A model generated the notes under the pieces. It saw nothing but the letters and a program-made list of their open reading frames with translations. It made no database searches and was not told the origin of the DNA. A DNA stretch of 8,961 bases from a virus (taxonomy: Duplodnaviria; Heunggongvirae; Uroviricota; Caudoviricetes), in IMG/VR virus record IMGVR_UViG_2534682331_000006; one strand, written 5' to 3'. Shown in pieces: positions 8,401 through 8,961 of this stretch (positions within the stretch are counted from its first letter, which is position 1; every line of letters starts with the position of its first letter). Both the position numbers and the translations under genes were made by a program.

Positions 8401-8458
8401 GGACTTTATGCAACAGCAGGCCCGTGATGGTGGTCGGTTAAGTGGAGCATATCGGTAA
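5402..8458 (+). CDS. H: Tail tape measure protein H (lambda gpH family)
   Basis: 1018 aa from ATG 5402; RBS GGAGG at 5389..5393. N-terminus MDQIANLVIDLGIDAAEF resembles lambda H (...GDLVVDLSLDAARF...), and the C-terminus ...INNDGTNGQIGPAALKVVYDLGKKAAADFMQQQARDGG matches the lambda H C-terminus. Long Ala/Gln/Glu/Arg-rich predicted coiled-coil regions in between. The ORF track's TTG start at 5372 is less likely. Confidence 0.92.
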   Translation: MDQIANLVIDLGIDAAEFKNEIPRIKNLLNGAASDAERSSARMQRFMERQTQAARQTTQAASSAATAASVHAQTVEKNAQAHERMAREVEKTRQRMEALSQKMRDEQAQAMALAEAQDKAAAAFYRQIDSVKQASAGLQELQRIQQQIRQARNSGGIGQQDYLALISEVTAKTRVLTQAEEEATRQKVAFIRQLKEQATRQNLSSSELLRAKAAQLGVSSAAEVYIRKMEQAGKATHSLGLKSAAARQEIGVLIGELARGNLGALRGSGITLANRAGWIDTLMSPKGMMLGGVIGGIAAAVYGLGKAWYDGQKEGEEFNRQLSLTGHYAGVTAGQLWTLSRAISGNGITQHAAAGALAQVVGSGAFRGNDIGMVARAAAQMERSVGQSVSDTISQFKRLKDDPVNAAKALDNELHFLTATQLEQIRVLGEQGRSSDAARIAMSALAEETGRRTADIDNNLNALGSTLKYLSDLWSRFWDAAMNIGREDSLDEQISALQEKVSRAKRLPWTASSSQVEYDQQRLNELQEKKRQKDLQDAKEQAERNYQEQQKRRNAENAALNRMNETEAARHQREIARINAMQYADQAVRDAAIQRENERYEKALASGKKKTRETRNDEATRLLLQYSQQQAQVEGQIAAARQSAGIATDRMTEAHKQLLALQQRISDLDGKKLTADEKSVLARKDELIQALTLLDVKQQELQKQTALNDLKKKTIQLTSQLAEEERAQRQQHDLDIATVGMGDQQRQRYQVQLSLRQKYQQQLEQLRRDSEQKGTYNTDDYRKAEQALTESLNRQLNENRRYWQQLEIAQGDWKNGVLRALQNVTEKADNTAGTVEQLFTSAFSSMSDWLATFCTTGKLNFKSFTSSVLSDMSRIMAQIALMKAVKGIASALPFDFVANADGGVYQSADLSRYSGTVVNRPTFFAFAKGAGVMGEAGPEAILPLRRGADGKLGVVADIGGSGMAMFAPQYNIEINNDGTNGQIGPAALKVVYDLGKKAAADFMQQQARDGGRLSGAYR

Positions 8459-8574
8459 TGGAGACGTTTCACTGGAAAGTGCGCCCGGATATGAATGTGG
8501 TATCAGAGCCGAAAGTGGTGACAGTGAAGCTGGGCGATGGTTATGAACAGCGTCGTGCGGCGGGACTGAAGTAA
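8458..8574 (+). pseudogene. M: Minor tail protein M (lambda gpM family), truncated after codon 37 by the IS66 insertion
   Basis: ATG at 8458 overlaps the H stop (TAATG). Translation METFHWKVRPDMNVVSEPKVVTVKLGDGYEQRRAAGL matches the lambda M N-terminus (MKTFRWKVKPGMDVASVP...GDGYSQRAPAGL...). The frame then runs into the IS terminus GTAAGCG at 8571, which supplies the last codon and a TAA stop. Lambda M is about 109 aa. Confidence 0.85.
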
Positions 8575-8961
8575 GCGTGCAGCAAGAACCGTATTGACGG
8601 GGATGTGTTATTCAGTCGGCAGTGCTACGCGCCAGGGGAGCAGTTCGCCGACCCGGTTTATCGGCCAGTCGGCTATGACGTCAAGGACATAGCGGAGGTA
8701 GCTTTCTGGCTCCACTCCGTTCAGTTTGCACGTCCCGATCAGGCTGTACAGCAGCGCTCCCCGCTCTCCTCCATGATCCGAACCGAAGAACAGGTAGTTT
8801 TTGCGGCCCAGACTGACCATCCGCAACGCATTTTCAGCGATGTTATTGTCCGCCTCAGCCCAGCCATCATCTGCATAGTACGTCAGCGCCGGCCACTGGT
8901 TCAGGGCGTATGCGAACGCTTTCGCCAGTTCTGAGTGTCGCGACAGGGTTTTCATCTTTTC
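8571..8961 (-). mobile_element. IS66-family insertion sequence, terminal fragment (element continues right of window); inverted relative to the left copy
   Basis: Begins GTAAGCGTGCAGCAAGAACCGTATTGACGGGGATGTG at 8571; 8571..8930 is the reverse complement of 1..360. Encodes the same TnpC C-terminus on the - strand. Flanking bases differ from those at the left copy (GGACTGAA at 8563..8570 versus ATATCACC at 361..368), so these are two separate junctions. Confidence 0.85.
8608..8961 (-). CDS. IS66-family transposase (TnpC-like), C-terminal fragment; 5' end lies outside the window
   Basis: - strand frame open from the window edge to the stop at 8608..8610. The translation contains the same 72-aa C-terminus as the left copy plus 43 further upstream residues (MKTLSRHSELAKAFAYALNQWPALTYYADDGWAEADNNIAENAL...). 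Confidence 0.85.
   Translation of the reverse strand, partial: EKMKTLSRHSELAKAFAYALNQWPALTYYADDGWAEADNNIAENALRMVSLGRKNYLFFGSDHGGERGALLYSLIGTCKLNGVEPESYLRYVLDVIADWPINRVGELLPWRVALPTE

Noticed and set aside
361-8570. Looked for cargo, defence or moron genes, tRNAs, CRISPR repeats and Chi sites (GCTGGTGG) inside the phage segment
   Set aside because: Every sizeable + strand ORF is accounted for by head or tail morphogenesis homologues with tight or overlapping junctions; no direct-repeat arrays, no tRNA-like structures and no exact Chi octamer were seen by eye. A systematic scan would be needed to be certain.

Overview
This window is an 8.2 kb fragment of a lambdoid (lambda-like siphovirus) prophage morphogenesis operon, all on the + strand, bounded on both sides by identical, inverted copies of an IS66-family insertion sequence. 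Each IS copy ends exactly at its 5'-GTAAGCG terminus (positions 360/361 and 8570/8571). Gene order is: a 5'-truncated ClpP-like prohead protease / major capsid protein fusion, a small DUF2190-like head protein, an FII-like head-tail joining protein, then lambda-type tail genes Z, U, V, G, T (in the -1 frame relative to G, as in lambda), the tape measure protein H, and the first 37 codons of M, which is cut by the right-hand IS. Two intrinsic terminators follow the major capsid and major tail genes. Protein-level calls rest on my recollection of lambda sequences and motifs, not on a database search. I see no tRNA, rRNA, CRISPR array or cargo/moron gene, and no convincing evidence of a novel defence or accessory system. 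The notable features are the IS-bounded, doubly truncated (probably defective) phage module, a non-canonical G/T frameshift site, and a tape measure protein with extra coiled-coil sequence. Likely host is an enterobacterium, inferred from the lambda-like proteins and IS66 family.
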